This document shows, piece by piece, positions 47,401-56,900 of a stretch of 64,000 bases of DNA (within the stretch, counting starts at the first letter, position 1; each line of letters begins with the position of its first letter). The position numbers and the translations under genes were made by a program. Below the pieces are notes generated by a model. The model did not search any database. It was not told the DNA's origin and worked only from the letters and a program-made list of their open reading frames with translations. This stretch comes from an uncultured virus (IMG/VR IMGVR_UViG_3300008108_000029). Lineage: Duplodnaviria > Heunggongvirae > Uroviricota > Caudoviricetes. The DNA lies in IMG/VR virus record IMGVR_UViG_3300008108_000029. One strand, written 5' to 3'.

Positions 47401-47916
47401 ATGAAAAAAGAAGAAAACGAAGATTTTGACATCCAACACAGATTGTTGATTGAAGAAGAAGAAATTGATGAGGATGAACTTCCATTAGAAATTCAAAAAG
47501 CAATTCGTGCATTTGATATTAAACTTGATAGGTTTGAAGAAACAAATGATGCCCGATTATTTTTAGAACTTCAGCAAGATGATGTAGCAATAGCTGATGA
47601 TATACAAACTTTCATTGAAGATGGCGAATCAGATGAAGATGATGAAGATGATTCTTATGCTGACGATGCTGACGATGATGACGATGATGAGGATGATGAG
47701 GATGATAATTCTAAAGCCACACAACAATCACAAGTAACTCAAACAGCAACATTAACTGATATAGAAAAATTAGTTCTTGAAAATATTAAAGAGAATAAAA
47801 TTTCTGTTGAAAAGTTACAGCAAATCCTGAAAAGAGAACCTGATTATCCAAATCAAATAATTGGAAAAATCCGATTAAGGAAGTTGTATCTCAAACCTTT
47901 TTATGAGGCATTTTAG
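47401..47916 (+). CDS. Acidic protein carrying the shared C-terminal module
   Basis: Poly-Asp tract; ends ILKREPDYPNQIIGKIRLRKLYLKPFY. Confidence 0.75.
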   Translation: MKKEENEDFDIQHRLLIEEEEIDEDELPLEIQKAIRAFDIKLDRFEETNDARLFLELQQDDVAIADDIQTFIEDGESDEDDEDDSYADDADDDDDDEDDEDDNSKATQQSQVTQTATLTDIEKLVLENIKENKISVEKLQQILKREPDYPNQIIGKIRLRKLYLKPFYEAF

Positions 47917-47926
47917 TCCAATATCT

Positions 47927-48670
47927 ATGAGTTTTACAAGAATATATGGATACATTGTTTTCACGTTTATAATAATACTTGTTATTGTAGTAAAGTGTAG
48001 CGACCCCGAAATCAAAGAAGTTAAAAAAGAAAAATCAACCGAACTATTAGTTGTTAATGAAACAACTGATAGTGTCGTTGTATATCTAACTCTCGGTGCA
48101 GACACTAACTATGTAACGAATGTAAATGGAATATATGGGATTACAACAACAGGTTTGCAAGGATTCTTTATACTTGCGCCACACGATACAGTTTCTTACA
48201 CAAGCCAACCAAAAGGTTTTTCAGGAAACTTATCATTCAATACTCCACCATTAAACTGTCCTACAAAACAATTTCCTACGGGTATTAATATATTTGAATT
48301 TGCATTAAATAATAATTTCAAATCAATTAAGTATGCACAGGAAACTATTGATATTAGTTGTGTAGCAGGAGTTAATAGCAGGATTGGATGTCAAATTGAT
48401 TCTCTTGGTGGTTGGAACGCAGGAAATGGAATTGATAAATTTACAATGTTTGAAAATTCTTTCATTTACGATAACGTAGGCAGAATAGGAGTTTATCCTT
48501 ACGGATGCGACAGTTGTAGTAAAATTTATCAGCCACCAATCTGTTCTAATCTATTAAAGCCATCTGAACCACAAAAACAAAACACTTGTAACATACAACG
48601 TGATGCTAATAAAAAAGGAGGCAAAGTTTATGTTATCTATAAAGGTGCTTTGAATGGCGAAATCAATTAA
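47927..48670 (+). CDS. Thaumatin-like, Cys-rich membrane-anchored or lipoprotein
   Basis: Hydrophobic N-terminus ending VKC; IFEFALNN...DISCVAGVN. Confidence 0.5.
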   Translation: MSFTRIYGYIVFTFIIILVIVVKCSDPEIKEVKKEKSTELLVVNETTDSVVVYLTLGADTNYVTNVNGIYGITTTGLQGFFILAPHDTVSYTSQPKGFSGNLSFNTPPLNCPTKQFPTGINIFEFALNNNFKSIKYAQETIDISCVAGVNSRIGCQIDSLGGWNAGNGIDKFTMFENSFIYDNVGRIGVYPYGCDSCSKIYQPPICSNLLKPSEPQKQNTCNIQRDANKKGGKVYVIYKGALNGEIN

Positions 48671-48682
48671 TAAAAACACTAA

Positions 48683-48718
48683 TTAACAGAAAAGGGCTTT
48701 ATGCCCTTTTTTTGTTAA
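48683..48718 (+). terminator. Intrinsic terminator
   Basis: AAAAGGGC-TTTAT-GCCCTTTTTTT. Confidence 0.85.
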
Positions 48719-48796
48719 TAAAAAGTTTCAAAAAGTATTGTGTAGAAAAATAATATTTACAATTTTTGTGTAAAACAAACCAAAGACACTATTTCA

Positions 48797-49279
48797 ATGA
48801 ACCCACAAGACGAAAGGGAACTTTATGAACTGATACAAAACTTGAGCAAAGGCATTAAAAAGCACGGAATCAGGAAAGTAATAAAGTCCCTCAAACAAAT
48901 CAATCTAATGGACGAAACTGATGTCAATTATGTTTTAATTGACCATATAGAACAATCAGTTTGCACTAAAATTGGTGTTCCAAGAGATGAACTTTACGGT
49001 TTTGCTTCAAGAGGAGAAATAACCATAGCAAGAAAGTTTTGCATCCTCCTAATTAGAAAATTCTCTCCATACATAAGCGATGAAATTTTGGCTAATCATT
49101 ACAACAGAAGTCGTCAGGTTGTTCACAATACAGAAAAAGAGTTTAGATTATTGAGAAGTGGTAAGCAGAATAAATTTCAAATTGATTTCTTACAAATCTT
49201 TAAAGATTTAGAAGTTGAAATTGAAAAGTTTGTAAATCAGTCCAAAAAAAATAATAAAAAATTAAGTAATGGAAGATAA
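48797..49279 (+). CDS. DnaA domain-IV-like HTH protein
   Basis: VC...GV..DEL....R.EI..AR.....L.R.......LA..YNR....V. Confidence 0.6.
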   Translation: MNPQDERELYELIQNLSKGIKKHGIRKVIKSLKQINLMDETDVNYVLIDHIEQSVCTKIGVPRDELYGFASRGEITIARKFCILLIRKFSPYISDEILANHYNRSRQVVHNTEKEFRLLRSGKQNKFQIDFLQIFKDLEVEIEKFVNQSKKNNKKLSNGR

Positions 49280-50559
49280 AAGAGGCAGAGGTCGTCCAAA
49301 AAAAAGTATGATTGATTCATCAAAGATTTTTGATGATGATGATGATGATTTAAGAAATATACTTAAAAATAAAAATAAAGAATCAAAAAGCCCTATTGAC
49401 GAAGATTATGATATTGATAATGATGCTTTAAACGATATTGAAGAATTTGAAAGTCAAGACGGGGTAAATGATATTCCAAAAGAAGATTTTAACCCTTTGA
49501 ATGAACCTGTTATGCAAAGGTCTTACACAGGTGGAATGACAGGCACAGGAATAAATCCTTATACACTTCAAGAAAAAATAATTGAAGAACCTAAATATAA
49601 TCCGAATCGTTCTGCAAAGATTGAAGTAGATAATGACTTAATTAATCCAACTTCTAACGGCAGCAATGGGGGTAATGGAGGTAATGGAGGTAATGGAGGT
49701 AATGGTAAAAAATCAAATGATATACCTAATGATATTCCTAATGATATACCACCTAATAACGATACATCAAGTAATAATGCTTCATCCGAAGCATCAAAAG
49801 TTGAAAATGACAATCTAAAAGAATTATCTGCCAAAGAAAAAAGAGAGGCGATAGAAAAAAACAGCAGATGCTATTCTACTTGCATATCGTAATTATATCC
49901 CTTTACCTTTTGTATATTTTTCTAAATACGATGATAAGAAGTTAAGAAAGTTACATAACTCTGATGAAATTGATTTAGATGCTCCAATAAAAAATGACGG
50001 AACAACCTTTAAAGAATATACAAAAGAGTTTAACTCAACAGTAGAGCAAACATTTCAAGTATCAGACGAAGAAGTTGCAGCAATAAAAGACCCATTAGTA
50101 GATGTATTAATGGAAAAAGACGTTGCTCTTACTCCGACACAGAGATTAGGTTTAACATTAGGTCAGTTATTAGTTTCTAAAGTTATGGTTGCTGTCAAGT
50201 TTTTATCTGATAAAAAAAGTGATATTGATGATATGAAGCAGATGCACAAAAAAAATGTAGAGTTGAGAGAAAAAGAGATAGAATTAGAGCAGGAAAGAAT
50301 TGATTTAGACAGGCAAAAGCAAAGAGATAAACAAAGAGAAATTGAATTAGAAGTAAAAAGAAGGAAACAAGAACAAGAAAAACAAAAACAGTATCAAGAA
50401 GTAGAAGTTGAAGAAGAAGAAGAAGAAGAAGAAGATGATGACATTGAAATTGAAGATGACGATGATGTAATTGAATTTGAAGATGATTCAACAAATCAAG
50501 ATAATGATGATGATGATAATCAACCTACCCTTGATGACGCAATAAATGATATTCCTTAA
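49269..50559 (+). CDS. Acidic protein with N-terminal AT-hook, split by a +1 frameshift in A7 (49855-49861)
   Basis: Removing one A gives an open frame IEKTADAILLAYRNYIPLPF...DVLMEKD that joins ORF 50110-50559. Confidence 0.8.
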
Positions 50560-50561
50560 AT

Positions 50562-51428
50562 ATGAGAGAGCCACAGTTAATCATAGCAACAGGAACTAAA
50601 GGTGTTGGTAAAACATTTAAAACTTGTCAGTTAATACAGGACTATTTAACTCCTGATATTAAAATTGGTAAAAAGCCAAGAAAGGTTTTGATATTTGATG
50701 CTAATGGTGAGTATTCTAATGAAGAACTTGTTAAAAACAATTTCAGATTTAGAACTAAAGTTCTTGCTCTTAAAGATTTAGAGGAGTGGACAAAACAATC
50801 ACGAGTTGAGGTTAGAAGGATTTTACCTGTTGATGCAAACGGAAATGAAGTAGGAACTGAAAAGTATCCCGAAATACTTGGAGTTATTCTTCATTATTTT
50901 AGAGGAGGTATGCTGATTCTTGAAGATATTAACAAATATCTTGTTGAAACGAGAGATGCAAAAGTTATTGGTGCATTGACAACGAATAGACATAGGGATT
51001 TAGATATTTATATTCATCTTCAATCACTTGCTCCACTTACAACAAGAATGTGGCAAAATGCTAATGTGATTAGATTTCACTATCAAATGGACGACATTGA
51101 TAGATACAAAGGCAGGATACCTAACTATGAGTTATTTAAAATAGCACAAATGATGGTTAATGAAAAATATTACAAAGGAGAGGAAAGATTCTTTTGTTAT
51201 GTAATGAATCAACTTAATAAAATCAAAGGTGCTTTTTCAAAAAAAGATTTTATAGTTGCTTGTAGGCAGTATCTTGAACTTCATCCGTCAAAAGTAAAAT
51301 CTGTTATGCAGAAATACGGAAAAGGTTATGAAGCAAAAGTAAAAGCAATGAAAGAATGTATTTTTGATTTATATAAAAAGTATTACGGAAACCCAAAAGT
51401 TGAAAAAAAGAAAATAGTAAAACAGTAA
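50562..51428 (+). CDS. FtsK/HerA-superfamily ATPase, A32/P9/Zot-like (candidate genome-packaging ATPase)
   Basis: GTKGVGKT; VLIFD..GEY; LILED; TNRH.DLDIYIHLQS; MWQNANVIRFH. Confidence 0.72.
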   Translation: MREPQLIIATGTKGVGKTFKTCQLIQDYLTPDIKIGKKPRKVLIFDANGEYSNEELVKNNFRFRTKVLALKDLEEWTKQSRVEVRRILPVDANGNEVGTEKYPEILGVILHYFRGGMLILEDINKYLVETRDAKVIGALTTNRHRDLDIYIHLQSLAPLTTRMWQNANVIRFHYQMDDIDRYKGRIPNYELFKIAQMMVNEKYYKGEERFFCYVMNQLNKIKGAFSKKDFIVACRQYLELHPSKVKSVMQKYGKGYEAKVKAMKECIFDLYKKYYGNPKVEKKKIVKQ

Positions 51429-51431
51429 AGT

Positions 51432-52388
51432 ATGATGATGTTATCAATTTATGTAGCGAAGTATTTTGTAATAGGTCTTATTGTGATAGGAATTATTATG
51501 TATTTGTATCCAATAATTAGGTCAAAGATTATTCATTTGTTTGAAGATATAGAAACGGAAGAAACATATTATAGCCATTTTAAAGAAGAATATGGTAGAT
51601 TATTAAGATTTACAATTACAAATTCATCCAATAGTATAATTGAGTGTGATTTGTGCGATTTAAAACAAGGTAATGGATACACTTTTTTTACTTCAGATGG
51701 CGACTATGAAAAACTTAAAGAATACCTAAAATCTTATACTTTAAATGTTTCATCAACATCAGTAAGATATAACCATAAGAATTGGCAAAAAGACGTTATT
51801 AAAAACAAAGTGTATAATCCGTTTCAGCAGTTATCAACTCCTATCTTAATTGCTATGGATGATTTTGATACTGTTCACTCTATCAACGATAATATAGTTA
51901 TATCAAAAAAACCTTATGAATTTAACTTTTTCAGCACAGTTTTAGTTAAGTTGAATCCCTATGAAACTAAAGATATTACTCTTTTAGTTACTGATGAACA
52001 AAATGCGAAACATACTGATAATAAGGATAAAGTAAAAACTGCTATTACAATCAAAAATAATTCAAGTATAAAGCAAAGAGTTAATTTGTTTGATGATAAA
52101 TATTCAAACCCTGAAATAGAGTTTAATTCAATATTTGATATTAACTCTTATGACGACATTGTTTTGTTTTTCAATCAAAATCCACTTGTAGCAAAATACA
52201 TAAATATTTATGCTCCTAATACAGAATCAGTAGTGTATCAACTAAATTTTGAAGAACATAGATTAGTTCCTCCTGATTACTTACAGCATAAAGATTTTTA
52301 TAAAATAAACCTTAAAGACGAAACTTTTATTGCATACTTTTGCATAGAAGTAGAACCAAATCAAGAAATAATAGTATCCTTTAAATAA
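51432..52388 (+). CDS. Membrane-anchored protein with two homologous beta-rich domains
   Basis: N-terminal TM; FTITNSS...DYEKL and ITIKNNS...SYDDI halves, ending LNPYE..DI.L and VEPNQEIIV. Confidence 0.6.
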   Translation: MMMLSIYVAKYFVIGLIVIGIIMYLYPIIRSKIIHLFEDIETEETYYSHFKEEYGRLLRFTITNSSNSIIECDLCDLKQGNGYTFFTSDGDYEKLKEYLKSYTLNVSSTSVRYNHKNWQKDVIKNKVYNPFQQLSTPILIAMDDFDTVHSINDNIVISKKPYEFNFFSTVLVKLNPYETKDITLLVTDEQNAKHTDNKDKVKTAITIKNNSSIKQRVNLFDDKYSNPEIEFNSIFDINSYDDIVLFFNQNPLVAKYINIYAPNTESVVYQLNFEEHRLVPPDYLQHKDFYKINLKDETFIAYFCIEVEPNQEIIVSFK

Positions 52389-53074
52389 TGACAGCAAAAA
52401 TACTTTTCAAATTCGCAACTCGTTCAAGACCTGTTAAGTGTCTTGAAGGATTAAGAAACATCACAAGTAGAGTAGCAGACAAAGAGAATTATAAAATTCT
52501 AATTTCTGCTGACGAAGATGATTTATCAATGAATAATGATTTAATAAAACAATCAATTCAGCCATACATAGATTCAGGGAAAGTATCTTTGGTATATGGT
52601 AGAAGCACATCTAAAATTGATGCTATAAATAGGGATTTAGAAACTGAAAATGATTGGCATATTTTAGTAAATTTCTCTGATGATATGGAATTTGTAGTTG
52701 ATGGATTTGATAATACTATAAGATTACATTTCGGAATACATTTTCCTGATTTCAATGGTAATATGCACTATAACGATGGTTTTACTGCAAACAAACTATG
52801 CACTTTATCAATCATAGGAAAAACTTACTTTGACACTATACTTAAAAAGAAAATTTATCATCCTGATTACAAATCATTATTTTGCGATAATGAATACACA
52901 GAGGTTGCAAGAAAATTAAATAAAATTCAGTATTATGATATGATTTTATTCAGGCATAATCATCCTGCTAATATTGGAACTCCTATGGACGAACAGTATA
53001 AGCATACTGAAGGATTTTGGCATATAGATAGCCAAACATACGAAAGAAGAAGAAGTATAAATTTTGAATTATAA
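52388..53074 (+). CDS. GT-A glycosyltransferase
   Basis: ATRSRP, D.DD, SKIDAINR, FSDD, FCDNE, H.HP. Confidence 0.8.
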   Translation: MTAKILFKFATRSRPVKCLEGLRNITSRVADKENYKILISADEDDLSMNNDLIKQSIQPYIDSGKVSLVYGRSTSKIDAINRDLETENDWHILVNFSDDMEFVVDGFDNTIRLHFGIHFPDFNGNMHYNDGFTANKLCTLSIIGKTYFDTILKKKIYHPDYKSLFCDNEYTEVARKLNKIQYYDMILFRHNHPANIGTPMDEQYKHTEGFWHIDSQTYERRRSINFEL

Positions 53075-53704
53075 TTGATTATGTATTACACGCAAAACAA
53101 CGAAGAACAAATATTTATTGATTATTTTAAAAATCAAAACCCAAGTGAATTATGTGTTCTTGATATAGGTGCTAATGATGGAAAAACATTTAGTAACTCT
53201 TTAAGATTAATTGAATTAGGTTGGTCAGCAATTTTAATAGAACCAAGCCCAAGAGCATTTGAAAGATTATCAGCATTACACTCAAATAACACAAAAGTAA
53301 CTTGCTTTCCTTTGGCTATTTCAAATAGTAATGGTGTGGTAACTTTAAGAGAGAGTTCTTCATTGATAACCCAAAACGATGTCGCATTAGTATCATCTCT
53401 TAAACAGGAAGAAACTGTTAAGTGGATGCAATCTAATGTTAGATTTCAAAATGTTGAGGTAAACTCAAAGGATTTTAAAACATTCTATGAAACTTGCCCT
53501 ATAAAAAAGTTTGATTTAATATCTATTGATGTAGAAGGTTTTGATTATGACGTTTTATCCCAAATAAATTTGGAATCAGTAGGTTGTAAATGCCTTTGTG
53601 TTGAGTTCAATGGTAAAAACAAAGATGGGTTTGTTAATTATGTTAATCAGTTCGGTTTGAGATTAATTAGTGAAAATCCTGAAAATTTAATCTTCATAAA
53701 ATAA
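53075..53704 (+). CDS. FkbM-family methyltransferase
   Basis: LDIGANDG..SNS, IEP, SIDVEG.D. Confidence 0.9.
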   Translation: MIMYYTQNNEEQIFIDYFKNQNPSELCVLDIGANDGKTFSNSLRLIELGWSAILIEPSPRAFERLSALHSNNTKVTCFPLAISNSNGVVTLRESSSLITQNDVALVSSLKQEETVKWMQSNVRFQNVEVNSKDFKTFYETCPIKKFDLISIDVEGFDYDVLSQINLESVGCKCLCVEFNGKNKDGFVNYVNQFGLRLISENPENLIFIK

Positions 53705-53709
53705 AAAAT

Positions 53710-54321
53710 ATGCAAAATAAAAATTATAGTAAAACAGATTTCCTAAAATTTTGGGGTGAAAATGGATACGTTGAAACTTGGGATGGTCATAAGCATAATT
53801 GGTCTGATGAAATAAAATTATTGGTAAAAAATCAATTAGGTGCAAATAAAGACAAGCAGGTTTTAGAAATTGGATGTGGCGGAGGTTATTGGACTAAATT
53901 TCTTTGCGAAAATTCAAAAAATGTTATAGGAATAGATTTAATACCTAAATCACCTTTAAATTTAGAAAATTTTAGATATATTGAAAATGATAATTTACAA
54001 TTTAATTGTAACAAAATAGAAGATGAGAGTATAGATTTTGCTTTTTCTTTTGGTGTATTTTGTCATTTATCATCAAGTGCTTGTGAATCATATTTAAAGG
54101 ACACATTAAGAGTATTAAAAAAAGGAGCAACTGCAATATTTATGTATTCAGATGCTGAAGGGTTAAAAAAGTTTTATAATGATGATAAATTTTTTGCATC
54201 TATGATTTATGGTGAGTGTAATGATTATTCGGATTTTATGCCAATAATAAAAAAATATGATTCAGGTTGTAAAAAAATATTAGATTTCAGAGATTTATTA
54301 GTATTAATTACAAAAAGATGA
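53710..54321 (+). CDS. Class I SAM-dependent methyltransferase
   Basis: VLEIGCGGG, VF.H, RVLKKG. Confidence 0.9.
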   Translation: MQNKNYSKTDFLKFWGENGYVETWDGHKHNWSDEIKLLVKNQLGANKDKQVLEIGCGGGYWTKFLCENSKNVIGIDLIPKSPLNLENFRYIENDNLQFNCNKIEDESIDFAFSFGVFCHLSSSACESYLKDTLRVLKKGATAIFMYSDAEGLKKFYNDDKFFASMIYGECNDYSDFMPIIKKYDSGCKKILDFRDLLVLITKR

Positions 54322-55019
54322 AGCATTGTATTGTTAATTTTTCTGATAATCGCTTTATAAAAGGTCAAGACCGACTTCGTGAATCATTAATTTCAAATTA
54401 TCAAGGTGATTTTATAAGTTTTAATGATTTTAGTCAAGTAGGTTCAAAAACACATTTAGAAGTGCCATATCAATTTAAAGTTTTTGCTATTAATAAAGTA
54501 AGAGAAATGGGATATGATATTGTTCTTTACTGTGATGCAAGTATGTATGCTATTAAAAATATAAATCCAATTATAGATTACATAAATGAAAATGGTTATC
54601 TGTTAGAATATTGTAGAAATTTTCAAACAGGTAATATATGGACTTCTGCTCAATTTTCAACTGATTTGTGCTTGAGTGAATTTAATATAACAAGAGATGA
54701 AGCAGATAAGATTCCATTACATTCAGCAGGTTTTACGGGATTAAATTTTAAAAATGAAATTGCTAATAAATTTTTTGAAGAATGGCTTATTCGTGCAAAA
54801 GAAGAAAAGGCATTTATTGGAGATTGGAGTAATGCTAATAAACAATGTTCACAGGATTCAAGATGTTTAGGGCATAGACACGACCAAACTTGTGCGTCTA
54901 TAATTGCACATAAATTAGATATGAATAGAATAAATCCATATTTCATGCAGTATGATGAGGTTGAAAATAAATGGAATAATGAAGAAACAACAATTTTTAA
55001 ATGTAGAGGAATATTTTAA
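54318..55019 (+). CDS. Putative nucleotide-diphospho-sugar transferase
   Basis: PY.FK, LYCDAS, HRHDQT. Confidence 0.7.
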   Translation: MKHCIVNFSDNRFIKGQDRLRESLISNYQGDFISFNDFSQVGSKTHLEVPYQFKVFAINKVREMGYDIVLYCDASMYAIKNINPIIDYINENGYLLEYCRNFQTGNIWTSAQFSTDLCLSEFNITRDEADKIPLHSAGFTGLNFKNEIANKFFEEWLIRAKEEKAFIGDWSNANKQCSQDSRCLGHRHDQTCASIIAHKLDMNRINPYFMQYDEVENKWNNEETTIFKCRGIF

Positions 55020-55027
55020 AATAAATT

Positions 55028-55612
55028 ATGATTTTAACAGTAACAATAGCAAGTGTAAGCATAAGAAAAAATATGCTTGAAAATCTTTTGTCTGAACTAT
55101 ATAATCAAATTGAAACATATAATCTAAAAGATGAGGTAGAGATATTGGTTGATGATGATGATAAAAGATTTTTAGGAACAAAAAGAAAAATTATGCTATC
55201 AAAAGCAAAAGGCATATTTACTTGTGCTATTGATGATGACGATATGGTAAGTAAAGATTATTTAAAAAAAATAACAGATGCTATAAAAAAAGATGAAAGC
55301 GTAGATTGTTTAGGAATAAATGGAATAATTACTACTAATGGATTAAATCCAAAAAGATGGGTAATATCTTGTCATTATGAGGATTGGTTTGAGGAAGATG
55401 AAACATATTATAGAACTCCTAATCATATTTGTCCTATCAAAACGGAATTAGCAAGGTTGGCAGATTTTGATGATGTGTCTTGGAATGAAGATTATCCTTT
55501 TTCTCAAAGAGTTAAAAAATTTTTAAAAAGAGAAACTGTGATTGATGAGCCAATATATCATTATAAATTTAACACGGAATCATCATTAAATAACTATCAA
55601 AATGAACAATAA
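55028..55612 (+). CDS. GT2 glycosyltransferase
   Basis: G.KR..., IDDDD, R.PNH..PI, ED. Confidence 0.85.
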   Translation: MILTVTIASVSIRKNMLENLLSELYNQIETYNLKDEVEILVDDDDKRFLGTKRKIMLSKAKGIFTCAIDDDDMVSKDYLKKITDAIKKDESVDCLGINGIITTNGLNPKRWVISCHYEDWFEEDETYYRTPNHICPIKTELARLADFDDVSWNEDYPFSQRVKKFLKRETVIDEPIYHYKFNTESSLNNYQNEQ

Positions 55613-56213
55613 TGTAACTTATGTAGGTCTTTCTCGTTCAGGAAGTCATTGGATAAGATTGGTTCTTGAACATTATATGGGTGGAAATAGTCCTTTGTCA
55701 AATTTTTTAGGTTCTCCAATAAACACTAATAATTTTATAACAACTCACGATTTACAACTTGATTTTGTAGCAGATTACGTTATTTATCTTTATAGAAATC
55801 CAATAGATTGTATTTATTCAAACTTAAAATATGATGGAATAGATACCAATTTAGATTGTATATCAAAAATTGATTACTATTTAGATATTTGGATTAGGCA
55901 TATCCAAAAGTGGATATATGATGAAAATTTCACAAAAGATAAAGTAATACTTTGTTACGAAAAATTAAAAAATGATTTTAATAATGAATTTTCAAAACTA
56001 CTTATATTTTTGAATTTGCAAGTAAATACTGAAAAAATTGAAGAAGGGAATAATATTTATACTAAAAGTAAAATTAAAAAAATAGTTCGTGATGATAGAG
56101 TAATAAATGACGAATTAAATTATGAAATTTATAGAGAATTATTTACTCAAAAATATAAAAATTATATATATGATAAGTTACCAATTAATCATAGGAAATT
56201 ATTAAATCAATAA
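55602..56213 (+). CDS. Sulfotransferase
   Basis: RSGSHW (5'-PSB), RNPID..YS (3'-PB), YEKL. Confidence 0.8.
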   Translation: MNNNVTYVGLSRSGSHWIRLVLEHYMGGNSPLSNFLGSPINTNNFITTHDLQLDFVADYVIYLYRNPIDCIYSNLKYDGIDTNLDCISKIDYYLDIWIRHIQKWIYDENFTKDKVILCYEKLKNDFNNEFSKLLIFLNLQVNTEKIEEGNNIYTKSKIKKIVRDDRVINDELNYEIYRELFTQKYKNYIYDKLPINHRKLLNQ

Positions 56214-56225
56214 AAAATAAATAAA

Positions 56226-56900
56226 ATGACCGACAAACAAAAATTAGACATTATAGCAGGAGTTCTTTATTCAACAAAAGAAACACAGATGAGTAGTTAT
56301 AATTTGGGTAAGTATGTAGTAGAAAATAATATTGAGGGAGATATTATTGAGTGTGGTGTCGCTTTGGCAGGAAATTTCGCCTCTATGATTTTAGGCGTAG
56401 TATCGCAACCAAGTGGAAAAGATAGAAAGTTTTGGGGATTTGATTCTTTTGTAGGGATACAACTTGCAGGAAAAAAAGATACTGAACAAGCAGGAATAGG
56501 AAAAATAACTCATAATACCAATGTCCCTTATGAATCTCTTTTAGTATCAAGTGGAATAACCTCCCACACAAAAGAACAAGTCATAAACAACTTGAATAAT
56601 TGGGGATTAGGAAATTATAATATAGAACTTGTAGGTGGTTGGGTTCAAAACACTATACCAACAGTAAACGATAGAATAAATAAAATATCTATTTTGAGAT
56701 TAGATATGGATATTTACCATCCTACTAAATTCACTTTAGATGCTTGGTGGGATAAGATTTCTGATGGAGGAGTTATTATCATTGATGATTGGGCATTAGG
56801 CGGTGTTAGAACTGCTTGTGAAGAATTTTTTGAAGAAAAAGGTATAAAGCCCCAAATACACACAGTAGAAAACTCAACCCCAACATATTTTTTCAAATGA
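56226..56900 (+). CDS. TylF/MycF/NovP-like sugar O-methyltransferase
   Basis: GDIIECGV, FDSF.G, GW..NT.P, LRLDMD.Y, GGVIIIDD. Confidence 0.9.
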   Translation: MTDKQKLDIIAGVLYSTKETQMSSYNLGKYVVENNIEGDIIECGVALAGNFASMILGVVSQPSGKDRKFWGFDSFVGIQLAGKKDTEQAGIGKITHNTNVPYESLLVSSGITSHTKEQVINNLNNWGLGNYNIELVGGWVQNTIPTVNDRINKISILRLDMDIYHPTKFTLDAWWDKISDGGVIIIDDWALGGVRTACEEFFEEKGIKPQIHTVENSTPTYFFK

